IMG/VR virus record: IMGVR_UViG_3300014202_001521
Span: 66,931-130,930 of that record
Strand: one strand, 5' to 3'
DNA length: 64,000 bases
DNA from: a virus
Below the pieces are notes generated by a model that did no database searches, was not told the DNA's origin, and was given only the letters and a program-made list of their open reading frames with translations. Both the position numbers and the translations under genes were made by a program. This document shows, piece after piece, positions 1-10,248 of the stretch (positions within the stretch are counted from its first letter, which is position 1; each line of letters begins with the position of its first letter).

Positions 1-339
1 CCTAAGAAGAACGCCAAGATCGTTCCTATGGGCTTTGGTGGCATTGTAAACCACAGCGATGACCCCTGGCTACAAAACTGTAGGCTGGAGTATGTAGCTG
101 GTCTGAACAAGCGTAATGAGCATTCTGGACAAGTGATCTATCGCTTTACCAGAGATATCCTCGTCAATGAAGAGTTGATTGGTAACTACGGCCCCGATAT
201 CGGGGAAGAAATTAAGAAAATGAACACAAATGTTAATTTCCTCGACAGCAATATCGAGGAAATTAACCGATTCCTGAAGTTTGACCTTTATGATACAAAT
301 AGTATTGTTGACAAATTGCGCAAAATTGGTATAAAGTAA
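1..339 (+). CDS. SET-domain protein (5'-truncated by window edge)
   Basis: Frame open from position 1; GFGGIVNHSDDP...TRDILVNEELIGNYG matches SET NHS and RDI..EE...Y motifs. Confidence 0.75.
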   Translation, partial: PKKNAKIVPMGFGGIVNHSDDPWLQNCRLEYVAGLNKRNEHSGQVIYRFTRDILVNEELIGNYGPDIGEEIKKMNTNVNFLDSNIEEINRFLKFDLYDTNSIVDKLRKIGIK

Positions 340-411
340 CTTTCATGTTCGCAGACACAATTATCTATGCCTTGTTTTTCTTCTTCGCCTATAAGATGGT
401 TAACAAGGAAC

Positions 412-1836
412 CTAAAAATCAATGTCGTCCTTGATTACCACTTCATGCTTTTCCTTCTTCAAAACCTTGATTCTTTGGTGCGAGTGGTCATCCAAATAAG
501 GGTTGATTTCAAAGATAAAGTCATAGTAATTCAATATTTCCTTGTCAGCCGCCGTTCTCAAACCACGACCCATTCTCTGAATAATGTCATGCTCTGCCTT
601 ACCGCCAGCCGCATTAATCATGTTGTGGACGAAGAAGTTGATGCCAACGCTGAAAATACCCTGCGTAGCAATGGCCACAACGTTATCTTTAGCCTTCTGT
701 AACTGTTCAATAACCTGCTCTCTTGTCTCCGTTGTATCCTTGCCATAAACCCACAGAGAGTTCGGAATCAAACGATTTAGAATATCCCCGTGAATAACCC
801 TTTCTACCAAGATTAGTGTTCTGCCCTTGAGACTCTTCGCTAGCTTTTCCACCATATGATGGAAAGTCCAGTTATTGGCGATGCCATTCGTCACCGCGTC
901 AATGTAGATATCATACGGAAGTTTAGGCTCAGTTACCTTGTAGAAAGTGCAGCGTGAGTCTGATACGGTGCCACGATCTTGTAAAAAGTTGGTAGTCAGG
1001 ATGCCAGACTCAGTTATCTTTTTGTCAATTTTAAGGACTGGCCCAAAGTAACCCTTAACCGTGTATATTTGCACATCGTCTTTGCCACCATGCTTAAACG
1101 GAGTTGCGGACACCGCAAGACGGATGGATGCACCTTTACATTTCTTGAAGGTAGCAATGCCTGTATCATTGCTCAACATGTGGATTTCGTCAGCAATAAC
1201 CACTTGGAACTTAGGTAGCAACTTTTCTAAATGGTGGGCAGATTGCACGGTGGAGCATGTAATAATGTCTGGTTCATGATACTCGCCGTAGAAGCGACCT
1301 ACGTTCTTTAGCCCCCACTGCTTCATTCTGTTATAGTTTTGTGTAATCAATGACTTCCTGTTTGCCAGGAAAAGAATAGGGGTTTTGGGTGGCAAAGCCT
1401 TCATAATGGCAATCATTATTTCGGTTTTACCTGCACTGGTTGGAGCCTGGATGATACCTCTGCCGTGTTTAATCGACTTATTTACCAAATCTACCTGATA
1501 GTCATATAAGGTGATTGGGTTGTCTTTGCTGTTTAGGAAATTTTCATCTATGGACTCGTAAAGAAACTTCGTTATCTCCCGATCATCAACAACAGTGAAG
1601 GGAATGTTAAAATGATTAAGAACAAGACGTACTTCTGGCAATAGACCCGTCAGGAAACGACCTGTTTTCTTGTTGAAGAAGTCAATAAATCCATCCCAAA
1701 TGCCTTGTTTGTAGGCGCGGGTGTGGAAGTATCCTTCTTTGCGGAAACGGAGTTTGGTCCAGAGAAGGGTTCTCACGTTTTGGTCGGTGGTGACGACGTA
1801 GCTGTAATCGTTATTAATTTTTAGTGTCGTGTCCAT
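412..1836 (-). CDS. Superfamily II DNA helicase (UvsW/D10-like)
   Basis: APTSAGKT Walker A, IADEIH (DExH), SAT motif III, QRMGRGLR motif VI. Confidence 0.9.
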   Translation of the reverse strand: MDTTLKINNDYSYVVTTDQNVRTLLWTKLRFRKEGYFHTRAYKQGIWDGFIDFFNKKTGRFLTGLLPEVRLVLNHFNIPFTVVDDREITKFLYESIDENFLNSKDNPITLYDYQVDLVNKSIKHGRGIIQAPTSAGKTEIMIAIMKALPPKTPILFLANRKSLITQNYNRMKQWGLKNVGRFYGEYHEPDIITCSTVQSAHHLEKLLPKFQVVIADEIHMLSNDTGIATFKKCKGASIRLAVSATPFKHGGKDDVQIYTVKGYFGPVLKIDKKITESGILTTNFLQDRGTVSDSRCTFYKVTEPKLPYDIYIDAVTNGIANNWTFHHMVEKLAKSLKGRTLILVERVIHGDILNRLIPNSLWVYGKDTTETREQVIEQLQKAKDNVVAIATQGIFSVGINFFVHNMINAAGGKAEHDIIQRMGRGLRTAADKEILNYYDFIFEINPYLDDHSHQRIKVLKKEKHEVVIKDDIDF

Positions 1837-1914
1837 GAAGCTGATTGTAGCAAATATGCAATTTATTGTCTACTTGTATCTATCAAGATATTAATAAGAA
1901 TACTAACTAATTGT

Positions 1915-2661
1915 ATGTTCCTAGAATTTGTCAATCGTAAAAGAGCCAAGAAATTCAACGAAGATTTGATCCGTGCAACGGAAGGTAAGTCTGATTTGAT
2001 GCAAATTGGCACAGAAAAGGACGAACAGATATTCAAAGTTGTCATCAACCCAAAAGCGAAACAAACGATCTGTTTTATCGCAGGGATACACGGAAATGAA
2101 CAGGCTGGACCTTACGGAGTGTTGTCGTTCCTAGAGAGTGGATATCAAGTTCCTAGTCACAAGCGGGTTATCATTATTCCGTTAGCCAATCCGATTGGAT
2201 TTCAAAAGGATAAAAGAGAAAATGCCGATAATGAAGACATTAATCGGCATTTTCTCGACAAGGAACTAAAAGGTGAGTGCAAAATTCTATGGGATGCTCT
2301 CAAACAAGAAAATATAGATTTGCTCCATACGCTTCATGAAGACCCTTCTACAGATAAGTTCTATTTGTATTACACTCACCATAAAAAACTTGCCGAGGAC
2401 TTAAGAGAGCTAGCTAAAAAATATTTCGATATTCAAGAAAAAGGTGAGGCTTTGTCTAAAGACGAAAAACAGGGGCAGGGAGATAAAGTCCATAATGGTT
2501 TAGTCCCACTGCCCCATGTAGTTCGAGGCTGTCTCGAAGACAAAGCAATTATCGAACGAGCCATACCGTATATTACTACGGAAAGTCCTGGCAAGGTTGA
2601 TCTTAAAAAGAGAATCGCTTACAACAAAGACGCTATTAAAATGTCAATTAATTCATTTTAA
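1915..2661 (+). CDS. M14-type zinc carboxypeptidase / succinylglutamate desuccinylase-aspartoacylase family
   Basis: AGIHGNEQAG, NP.G...KREN...DINRHF, LHED, terminal TESP motifs. Confidence 0.75.
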   Translation: MFLEFVNRKRAKKFNEDLIRATEGKSDLMQIGTEKDEQIFKVVINPKAKQTICFIAGIHGNEQAGPYGVLSFLESGYQVPSHKRVIIIPLANPIGFQKDKRENADNEDINRHFLDKELKGECKILWDALKQENIDLLHTLHEDPSTDKFYLYYTHHKKLAEDLRELAKKYFDIQEKGEALSKDEKQGQGDKVHNGLVPLPHVVRGCLEDKAIIERAIPYITTESPGKVDLKKRIAYNKDAIKMSINSF

Positions 2662-3641
2662 CAAGGCGTTGACACTGGCTTAGTCTTCTCATAGATAATA
2701 TGAGCAAACTCTGGAATTAAAAAGCTACCGTCTTTCCTACTGGAAATTAATCCTTGTTTCATTTCATAATTCTTTTGAGTTTGCAACTGCTTATATGCAA
2801 CCAAAGAAATATGAGAAGGATAGTTTTCAGGGAAACGAGTATCTGGCTCATGTTCAAATAGGCTAGTAAGCCAGCCGCTTACATAATACTGGTGGCCAGA
2901 CCCACATTGATCGAGCTTGAACATATTCCTCCACAAGTCAGGATCATTGAAAGAAAGACAAATCCTTTCTATTGTGTCTTGAACGCGAGCCATGTAATCC
3001 TGATGCTTTGTAAACATCGGTGTAATCTTACGCCAACTGTCTACTAATTTGGTCCAATCGCTCAAATCACCACGAACGTCAATGGCTGGGAAGCCACAGC
3101 AGTACATACAGTAATTGTAATATGGCGACACCATATCAGCAAATGCAGCATAACGTGCAAAAATCGACCGCTGGTTAGACGTAGAAAATTCAGGCAAGAA
3201 TGCCTTAATCTCAGATGGAATCTTCTTCTCCAAAGCTGCCATTAGAGTGTCCAATGGCATTACTGTCAATGATGGAGAGTAAACAGTGATAGTTTCCTTT
3301 TCCTGGGATGTAGTGAATAAATCCCTGTAGGTATCAACGTGAGTAGCTACAATGCTTGTTAGCTCACACTGAAGAGTATACCAGATGATATCGGGATTGA
3401 TAACAATGCCCCAATGAGAATCCCACGCCGCCAACAGGTAGTCAATGTAGTTCTTATGAGAATACTCGCCAGTTATGTTGTCTTCAACATAAAATAGCTC
3501 TTGAACCTTTAGTCTTTTGCTATAGTTCTTCGGGTCGGGATATTCCGTCTTGGCATTAGACAATTTTTCAATTAGTTCATTTTTTGGATGCGGCTTGTAG
3601 TATTTTGATTCTTCTAGTTTTTCATTCAGTGTGATAATCAT
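2658..3641 (-). CDS. DUF4419-like protein
   Basis: AAWDSHWGIVINPDIIW, FSTS, CGFPAIDVRGDLSDW, SGWLTSLF resemble DUF4419. Confidence 0.6.
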   Translation of the reverse strand: MIITLNEKLEESKYYKPHPKNELIEKLSNAKTEYPDPKNYSKRLKVQELFYVEDNITGEYSHKNYIDYLLAAWDSHWGIVINPDIIWYTLQCELTSIVATHVDTYRDLFTTSQEKETITVYSPSLTVMPLDTLMAALEKKIPSEIKAFLPEFSTSNQRSIFARYAAFADMVSPYYNYCMYCCGFPAIDVRGDLSDWTKLVDSWRKITPMFTKHQDYMARVQDTIERICLSFNDPDLWRNMFKLDQCGSGHQYYVSGWLTSLFEHEPDTRFPENYPSHISLVAYKQLQTQKNYEMKQGLISSRKDGSFLIPEFAHIIYEKTKPVSTPC

Positions 3642-4246
3642 TAGTGCCTCGGATACTTTCTTCTCAATAATCTAACTACATTCATTGCGTCTTCTAATGC
3701 AGTATGCTGGTTTTTCATTTCCAGGTTTGCTCGCTTCATGCAAACATCTGTGCTGGGCAGAGTGTCGGCGTCCAACTCTGGATCGAAATACAGCATTGCT
3801 GGGTCTAATATACGGTGATTGAACTTAACAAGCAAGTTGTGATGTGGTAATTTTTCCAAAAACTTACTGTCAAAGTTACCAAAATTCTTACCCGCGACAT
3901 TGATCTTGATGATACCGAGATTGTTACGCCCAAGTGGGTCTTTGGGGTTGGGATACCCAGCTAATGTAGTAAGGAATGTATGCAAACGCGGTAGTAAGTC
4001 AGCGGGAGAACACACATTAATGCCGCTCTTTTGCCAATTGCCTATCTTTTTGAAAATCTCAGCGTGCATCCCTAACGCATAAGGTTCGCCAATATAATGA
4101 TCTTGCAGAATATAAGTCTGAAAGACTGGTAGGCTTTCAATAGGTAATTGACATTTCAAATCGTCAGCAATGGCAGCAAATTCAATAATGTTACAAATAT
4201 CGTGATTCAGACCAGTGGTTTCTATGTCAATAGAGACGTATTTCAT
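3641..4246 (-). CDS. DEDDh 3'-5' exonuclease (DnaQ/oligoribonuclease-like)
   Basis: SIDIETTGL, AGKNFGNFD, HTALEDA motifs. Confidence 0.85.
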   Translation of the reverse strand: MKYVSIDIETTGLNHDICNIIEFAAIADDLKCQLPIESLPVFQTYILQDHYIGEPYALGMHAEIFKKIGNWQKSGINVCSPADLLPRLHTFLTTLAGYPNPKDPLGRNNLGIIKINVAGKNFGNFDSKFLEKLPHHNLLVKFNHRILDPAMLYFDPELDADTLPSTDVCMKRANLEMKNQHTALEDAMNVVRLLRRKYPRH

Positions 4247-4632
4247 TTACTTTCTCTTCCTTTATCGGGAGTAGGGTCAGTAACTACACCATAGGTTTCT
4301 CTGGCTTCATGCCCTTCTGGTAGATATTCCGTTATTGGCAATCCATCAGGCCGAACAAATAATAGACAATGACAGAACTTGTACTTTTTCATCTCGTCAC
4401 AAGCACAAACCCAACGCCGACCATTTTCTTCTAGTTCTTTTTTCTTGTCTGGATAGAAGTTACACGGGCATAAAGGACGGCCCACTTCTTCCATGTTGGC
4501 CGATAGACCCAAAACGACAGCTTCGGTTACACCCTCGTCAGGATGACCGTTAGTGCCAGTCTTAGTGCGATACTTCTCGACGTAATTGTTGATTTTCGCT
4601 TTAGTTTCTTCGCTGGGTTCTTTTCTCATCAC
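4243..4632 (-). CDS. Ferredoxin:thioredoxin reductase catalytic subunit
   Basis: GRPLCPC...WVCACDEM...FCHCLLF = CPC/CxC/CHC FTR signature. Confidence 0.85.
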   Translation of the reverse strand: MMRKEPSEETKAKINNYVEKYRTKTGTNGHPDEGVTEAVVLGLSANMEEVGRPLCPCNFYPDKKKELEENGRRWVCACDEMKKYKFCHCLLFVRPDGLPITEYLPEGHEARETYGVVTDPTPDKGRESK

Positions 4633-4660
4633 AGAATGATACGGTAATGAAAATTAAAAA

Positions 4661-5179
4661 TCAATAGTGCTTTGCGTTTTCATTGCTAATAACATCTGGT
4701 GCAAATTGACCAATAAGCTGCAATGGCTCATCCAAGTTGTGGATTGGCAAACCAAGCCTTGGCAACCACAATTTTAACATCGGAATTGATAATCCTTCAT
4801 AAGTGATAATTTCTATTTTACAGTTATAACTAACACCTATATTGATTGCACCTTGAGTGTTATTAATTCTTCCTTGGTAGGCTTGGTCCATGTCTTGATA
4901 GAATCCACCCTTGACCATCGACCTAGCGTTGGCCTCTGGCTCTCTAATAACGATGATAAAGGTGATTTCTTCAAACCCAGCAAGCCGCAGATCGTCAGGA
5001 ATGGATTCTATATTAGGTGGATGAATCCAGACAATATCTTTGGCGTCTAGTGGGATTTCACTTATAGATTTGGGCTGATTAGTGCTTCCTTCGCCCCAAC
5101 AACCAGCACGGACTAGAATTGCACCAACAAGTCTATTGCCACTACTTGGCGGTCCACAAACGATAAATGCCCTTTTCAT
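4661..5179 (-). CDS. Sulfotransferase-like P-loop protein
   Basis: N-terminal IVCGPPSSGNRLV, IVIIREP, IITYEGL. Confidence 0.5.
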   Translation of the reverse strand: MKRAFIVCGPPSSGNRLVGAILVRAGCWGEGSTNQPKSISEIPLDAKDIVWIHPPNIESIPDDLRLAGFEEITFIIVIREPEANARSMVKGGFYQDMDQAYQGRINNTQGAINIGVSYNCKIEIITYEGLSIPMLKLWLPRLGLPIHNLDEPLQLIGQFAPDVISNENAKHY

Positions 5180-5342
5180 ACCTTATATATGAAAAGGGCA
5201 TTAGTATCTTAAACAATGATCGTATGTAAAAGTATCAGATAAATAAACATACCTGTCTTTAATTTCTTTTGGTTTTTCACCATATACCCGCTCACGAAAA
5301 GACTTGTCCCTTCCGCAAACAGGACACTCCCCTACATGCATT

Positions 5343-5570
5343 TTATACCAGTGCTTTTTTGCTGGTTTTCTCTTCGTTTTCATGTAGCCTCCTGTGGAGA
5401 TTCTCCAATTCCTTAAGAGGTAGATCATCAGCCTCAAACTGGTGTTTTTCCGCTAAATGTCTCTTTATGTCATCGGGAGTTAATGGGTGTGATGTTAAGT
5501 TCTTCAATGTCCATTCTGGCAACCTGCCAGGAATCCATGTTTTAATTCACAGAAAATCAATCTCTTCCAT
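5343..5570 (-). pseudogene. 75-codon frame with in-frame TGA at codon 8 (pseudogene, readthrough or sequence error)
   Basis: ATG coupled to the cobB stop (TAATG), AAGGAG upstream; MEEIDFL*IKTWIPGRLPEW...HLAEKH...LENLHRRLH...; not in ORF track. Confidence 0.45.
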
Positions 5571-6304
5571 TATGCTCCTTTTAACAACTGTTCCGCTAGC
5601 TTTGGCAATTCATCACCCGCCTTGCCAGTCAAGAGTGTATAATCCGCGATTCTCTTCGGATTTGGGTCAATGATATACTTGTTCTTGACCTGTGCGAAGA
5701 GTGGGATTAGTGCTGCGGCAGGATAGACCTGTGCCGATGTGCCCACACAAATGAAGACGCCATCGTTGTATTTAACTTCTTTAACCAACTCGCGGACCTG
5801 TTCAAAGTTAAATAGAACAGGTTCATCGAACCAAACTACGTCAGGCCGCATCTGACCACCGCACATAATGCATTTGTCGCCTAGCTTTACCGCTTCTTTA
5901 TGTTCTTCGGCAAATAGACAAGTGTATCTGGTGTCACCGTCTAACATACAACAGCTTTTATGCCATTCACACTTGCGTAAGTTAATGCTGCCGTGCATAT
6001 GCCTTACAAGGGCACAGCCTGCTCGCTCAAGCAAATCGTCAATGTTCTGTGTAATATTGACGACATTAAATTTGTCTTGGAGCTTGGCGATAGCCTTGTG
6101 TGCGGCGTTAGGCTCACACTTCTTGCATCCTTCGAAGCGTTGGCGGTAGAACTCAATGACTAGCTCTTTGTTTTTGGCCCAACCGCTAGGGTGTGCTACA
6201 TCTTCGACCTTATGGTTTTCCCATAGGCCATTGGAATCCCTGAACGTTGGGACGCCAGATTCGGCAGATAATCCTGCCCCTGAAAAAACTACGATTGTTC
6301 TCAT
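5570..6304 (-). CDS. cobB: NAD-dependent sirtuin deacylase (CobB/Sir2)
   Basis: GAGLSAESGVPTFR, TQNIDDL, HMHGS, RPDVVWFDE, VGTSAQVYPAA. Confidence 0.95.
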   Translation of the reverse strand: MRTIVVFSGAGLSAESGVPTFRDSNGLWENHKVEDVAHPSGWAKNKELVIEFYRQRFEGCKKCEPNAAHKAIAKLQDKFNVVNITQNIDDLLERAGCALVRHMHGSINLRKCEWHKSCCMLDGDTRYTCLFAEEHKEAVKLGDKCIMCGGQMRPDVVWFDEPVLFNFEQVRELVKEVKYNDGVFICVGTSAQVYPAAALIPLFAQVKNKYIIDPNPKRIADYTLLTGKAGDELPKLAEQLLKGA

Positions 6305-6310
6305 GGTATA

Positions 6311-6907
6311 TTAGAGTGGGTTTGTTAGGGTTTTCTTAACGTCAGGATGCAGAAGTAAGTCTAGTTCTTTTTGATCTTTGGATTGAAGGGCGTTTCTCAC
6401 TCTTGTTGAACTAAAACCATCTCTTGGTGTTGCCACCCATTGAAAACCGCCTTGATTAGCGATCCCTGGATACTTTTCTAGGCTGCAATTGTCTTCTCCA
6501 CATACAAACATAACGTTGATATCAGGGTGCATTTGTCTTATTTTGCTAACAACTTCACTTTTATTGCGCGGTGAATTTTGTCTTGATTCCCAATCGAAAA
6601 CTTTAATCCAATCCATTCCAGCATTATTGATTGCCTGATTAATCATCCCGATACGTTGGTCTATATTGAAGAAAGGTTCCCCAGGCCGTAATTTGCTCTT
6701 AACATATTCGTCATGTTTAGGGCTAATATAGCCGCCAACTATTTCATGTCCCTGTGATTCTAAATATTCTCTCGCCTGCCTAAACATGTCTAAATGTCCA
6801 CGGTGGATTGGAGCAAAAGCACCAGTAGCTAGAAGAACCGCTTTTCCTGGCTCATTCGCCTCACATATGTCCTCTAAGAGACGTTTAAATACATAAAACC
6901 TAAACAT
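6311..6907 (-). CDS. Nicotinamide/nicotinate mononucleotide adenylyltransferase (NMNAT/NadD family)
   Basis: TGAFAPIHRGH (HxGH), GGYISP.HD.Y, CGED, SSTRVR. Confidence 0.8.
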   Translation of the reverse strand: MFRFYVFKRLLEDICEANEPGKAVLLATGAFAPIHRGHLDMFRQAREYLESQGHEIVGGYISPKHDEYVKSKLRPGEPFFNIDQRIGMINQAINNAGMDWIKVFDWESRQNSPRNKSEVVSKIRQMHPDINVMFVCGEDNCSLEKYPGIANQGGFQWVATPRDGFSSTRVRNALQSKDQKELDLLLHPDVKKTLTNPL

Positions 6908-7742
6908 GGAATTATATATTACTTCAATATCATTATTATAGAAAGAACTAATGACGCCAAAGAAGCTAGTGTGGACATGACAGTAAGAACGGTTATGACC
7001 TTGGTGAAATAAGCGAGGTCATAAGTGTATTTGAGCATTTTCTCGTTTAGTTTTTCATTCTCTCTTCGCACTAACTCTTCGCAGAAAAAGACTGGCCCTA
7101 GATTCGCAGACTCAGCCAGCTTGTTGAACTCTTCAATAAGCTCCTCATCAGACAGTTGTTTTAGTCTGTAATAGTCGTGCGGCATCAATTAGTTATGCAG
7201 GCGAAGATAATTGCAGCTTGGGCAAAATTTTCCATTTCTATAAGAAGGATGCTGAGCCAAACCTGTAAAGCAACGTGGACATTTATTGATTGACCAGATG
7301 AAGAACCACATTATTAATACAAATACAATTACTGCTAAACACAGCAATACTGCGTACATATTAGTCCTTTGGCCAAACCCCTGATATATAACTACCTAAT
7401 AACAACACAAATACAATTGCGGCAATAGCTCCTGCGGCAGTGCCGTACCAAGCTGATTTTAACGAAATGTTAGAATGTGGATAGACAAATATCATCCAAA
7501 ATAACCACAATGTAGATGCAAAAGTGCTAACGAACGAAAAAGTGAATTTTATAGTTTCCATTGGGTTCTTTCATTGAAATTTATCTAACTTTTTAAATTG
7601 TATTGCATCCGAAAAGTGTGTCCAATAAGTCATGTTGTTGGCTTTTGGATTATTTATCTGCCACATAATAGATGTTAGGCTGACAAATATTAAAGCACAG
7701 GCTAAAAATGCTAAAAGCAGTTTTTTCATATTGCACCTGTAG

Positions 7743-7825
7743 TAGCCGAGGCGGGATTCGAACCCGCAAGCCCTAACGGGCGAGGGATTTTAAGTCCCTT
7801 GTGTATACCGTTCCACCACTCGGCC
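7743..7825 (-). tRNA. tRNA-Leu(UAA), long variable arm
   Basis: GGCCGAG/CTCGGCT acceptor, loop CT-TAA-AA, GGTTCGAATCC, A73. Confidence 0.95.
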
Positions 7826-8098
7826 ATTACTTTCCATAATTCAAACCAAATTCAAATGCCAGTCTCGACAAGTTACGAAACGCTGGATTTTCACGATCCG
7901 CCTTAGTCAGTCGTTTGTGCCGAACCGCAAACCATTCATCAAACACCTTATCAATTTCATCTTCTGATAGTCTTGTTTCCAATTCCATAATACGCCTGTG
8001 AGCCGCACAATACCCTACTTCACCCCGATTCATTTCAGGGTCGGATGCCATGTTATACCTGATTCTCTCACATGCTTCACAAGGCATAACTCACTCCA

Positions 8099-8380
8099 TT
8101 ATTTTTTAACTGGCATAGTTCCATAAACGTCACCGTTCTGCTTGATCTTTTCGTCTTCATAAGGCGCAGCAATACGTCGGTAGTATTCCTGCTTTACACA
8201 TTCCAGAACGCCAATCACTTCATTCAGGTTAGCATAGTTCTTGCCTTTCACCTGAATGTAGGTGTCAACAATTCTGCTAATCAGGTAATTAAGTTCTCCT
8301 GCATCGGATGGCATTGTCTGGACGAGTTGATGCAGGAGATTTTCAAAGCGATTTCGGTTGGCTAATTTGATGTATGGCAT
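8099..8380 (-). CDS. Conserved small phage hypothetical protein
   Basis: MPYIK...GELNY...Y...[17 protein letters not shown]...PYED.K...NGDVY pattern recalled from other large phages. Confidence 0.6.
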   Translation of the reverse strand: MPYIKLANRNRFENLLHQLVQTMPSDAGELNYLISRIVDTYIQVKGKNYANLNEVIGVLECVKQEYYRRIAAPYEDEKIKQNGDVYGTMPVKK

Positions 8381-8865
8381 TAACGTCTCTGAACAAAGGA
8401 TTTGGGGAGTGCGCCATAGCCGCTGCCCGACGAACTATTGTAGAGCGATTTCTTAGAGATTTCGATTCTCATGCCTTTAGGCAAATCGGGCGTCTTCGTA
8501 ACCAGTTTCTCAATTTTAGCATTGTCCGTCAAGTAGAAACTGGTTACTTTTCCGTAAGACTGAATAGGCGGATCAGGATGTTCCAATGTAAAAACTGCAT
8601 TCTCATCAGGCTGCAAATCAAGCAGCAATTCTATATTGTTACCAAAATACATTGCTTGGTTGATTACATCCCACTTTACTTTGGCTGCTGTTTTACCAGT
8701 ATTCTTAATTGAATACATATAAACATAGCCATCGCCAACTTTACTAACCTTACACGACATTTCTATAGAGGAATTGTCGCCGCCGAAACTACTTTTCATT
8801 TCTTGATCTAGTGGGTAGGGCGTTTGGGCGACTAATAACGACGACAGGGCTAGTGCCAAAAACAT
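8380..8865 (-). CDS. Hypothetical exported protein
   Basis: N-terminal signal peptide [13 protein letters not shown]. Confidence 0.55.
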   Translation of the reverse strand: MFLALALSSLLVAQTPYPLDQEMKSSFGGDNSSIEMSCKVSKVGDGYVYMYSIKNTGKTAAKVKWDVINQAMYFGNNIELLLDLQPDENAVFTLEHPDPPIQSYGKVTSFYLTDNAKIEKLVTKTPDLPKGMRIEISKKSLYNSSSGSGYGALPKSFVQRR

Positions 8866-9143
8866 AAAGACTCCTATGAGTTTACAAGATTCTCTTCTTT
8901 GTCAAAGTAGTATTTTAGCACATTTTCCATAGATGACCTAGTTTTTTTTAATTCTTTTACCAACGATTGTTCCATTTCATTAAGTGTGCCAAGATAGCCG
9001 TGTTCAACACAGTCTAGGTAGTTTTTCAATTGCATGTGGGCACCGATCAGCATAGAATGACGAACTCTGGTGGTTTGAAGGTCCATGTTTTTCTCCTCAT
9101 GGGAAATTCACAACATTTTAACGCCAGGGATATATAATACAAG

Positions 9144-9686
9144 ATGAAATTTTCACAATGGTTTGCTGAAATGGATCAACAACAGCCGCTACCCGACCCA
9201 AGGCAATTTTCCTATCTTGCCTGTGTCCTAGATTTGTCTAGTCAAACCCACTTGGAAGCCTTAGCAGAGAAGTGGGCTATGGAGAAAATGGGGCATAGTA
9301 TTCCTCCTAACTGGCGTTGGCGTTCCCACCACATGACCGTCTTACCGCCTCGTAGCGGTGGTCTAACACTGCCAGACCTAGAACTTTATAAGCCATTCTT
9401 TGGCCAAACGGTCAAACTACATGTTACCGCCATCGCCGCCGATGATAAATGCATGGCTGTAACCGTAAAAGCCGATCCAGCCAACTTCAAGATAGTTGCG
9501 CCAATACCTCATATAACTGTTGCACATAGCAATGATGTATCACCAGTTTACAGCAACAATCTATTGATGGATCGCAGTAAAATCCATGCTTTGGACACCA
9601 CTGAACTTCTCTCAACATTTGTCGCTGTAAAGAGAAATCAGTCAGATGTTTGGCCTATGCCTAGATTCCAGATAGCTAAGGCTTAA
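9144..9686 (+). CDS. 2H phosphoesterase
   Basis: Two HxT motifs (HHMTV, PHITV) about 70 aa apart. Confidence 0.75.
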   Translation: MKFSQWFAEMDQQQPLPDPRQFSYLACVLDLSSQTHLEALAEKWAMEKMGHSIPPNWRWRSHHMTVLPPRSGGLTLPDLELYKPFFGQTVKLHVTAIAADDKCMAVTVKADPANFKIVAPIPHITVAHSNDVSPVYSNNLLMDRSKIHALDTTELLSTFVAVKRNQSDVWPMPRFQIAKA

Positions 9687-10248
9687 ATATAACCCGTCTA
9701 CCAACAACCTCTAGTTTTTGGGCAGCAAACATGTTAATTGCCTGACGGTAAGCGACTTTCTCTTGTTCAAAGACCCTCGCCGCCAACGTCTCGGAAGTAT
9801 CTTCAGGATAGACTGATACAGTTCTTTGTATTATTATAGGTCCGTGGTCGTACTCATTATCAACGAAATGCACCGTACAACCAGACACTTTTACTCCACT
9901 GGCAATTACTGCGTCGTGAACATGGTGCCCATACATCCCCTTTCCACAGAAGGATGGGATAAGTGATGGGTGGATGTTCATAACTCGATTAGTCCAGGCT
10001 GGCGGTATTTCTAGTAACTTAATCCAACCAGCCATGACAACTAAATTGACTGAATGACTTTCCATGTAAGGGAAAATGTCATTTGTGCATGTATAGGGTA
10101 TGTTATTAGCTCTTGCATATTCTATTCCTGGCACTTCTTTGTGAGCTACTACACACTGGACAGTTGCATATAGTATGCTTTGCTTAGACAGGTCTATCAG
10201 ATGTTTTAGGGTTCTGCCCGTACCCCCGATTAAGACACCGATTTTCAT
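9676..10248 (-). CDS. purN: Phosphoribosylglycinamide formyltransferase
   Basis: NIHPSLIPSF.G.GMYG, SGCTVHFVDNEYDHGPII, LAARV...E. Confidence 0.92.
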   Translation of the reverse strand: MKIGVLIGGTGRTLKHLIDLSKQSILYATVQCVVAHKEVPGIEYARANNIPYTCTNDIFPYMESHSVNLVVMAGWIKLLEIPPAWTNRVMNIHPSLIPSFCGKGMYGHHVHDAVIASGVKVSGCTVHFVDNEYDHGPIIIQRTVSVYPEDTSETLAARVFEQEKVAYRQAINMFAAQKLEVVGRRVIFKP

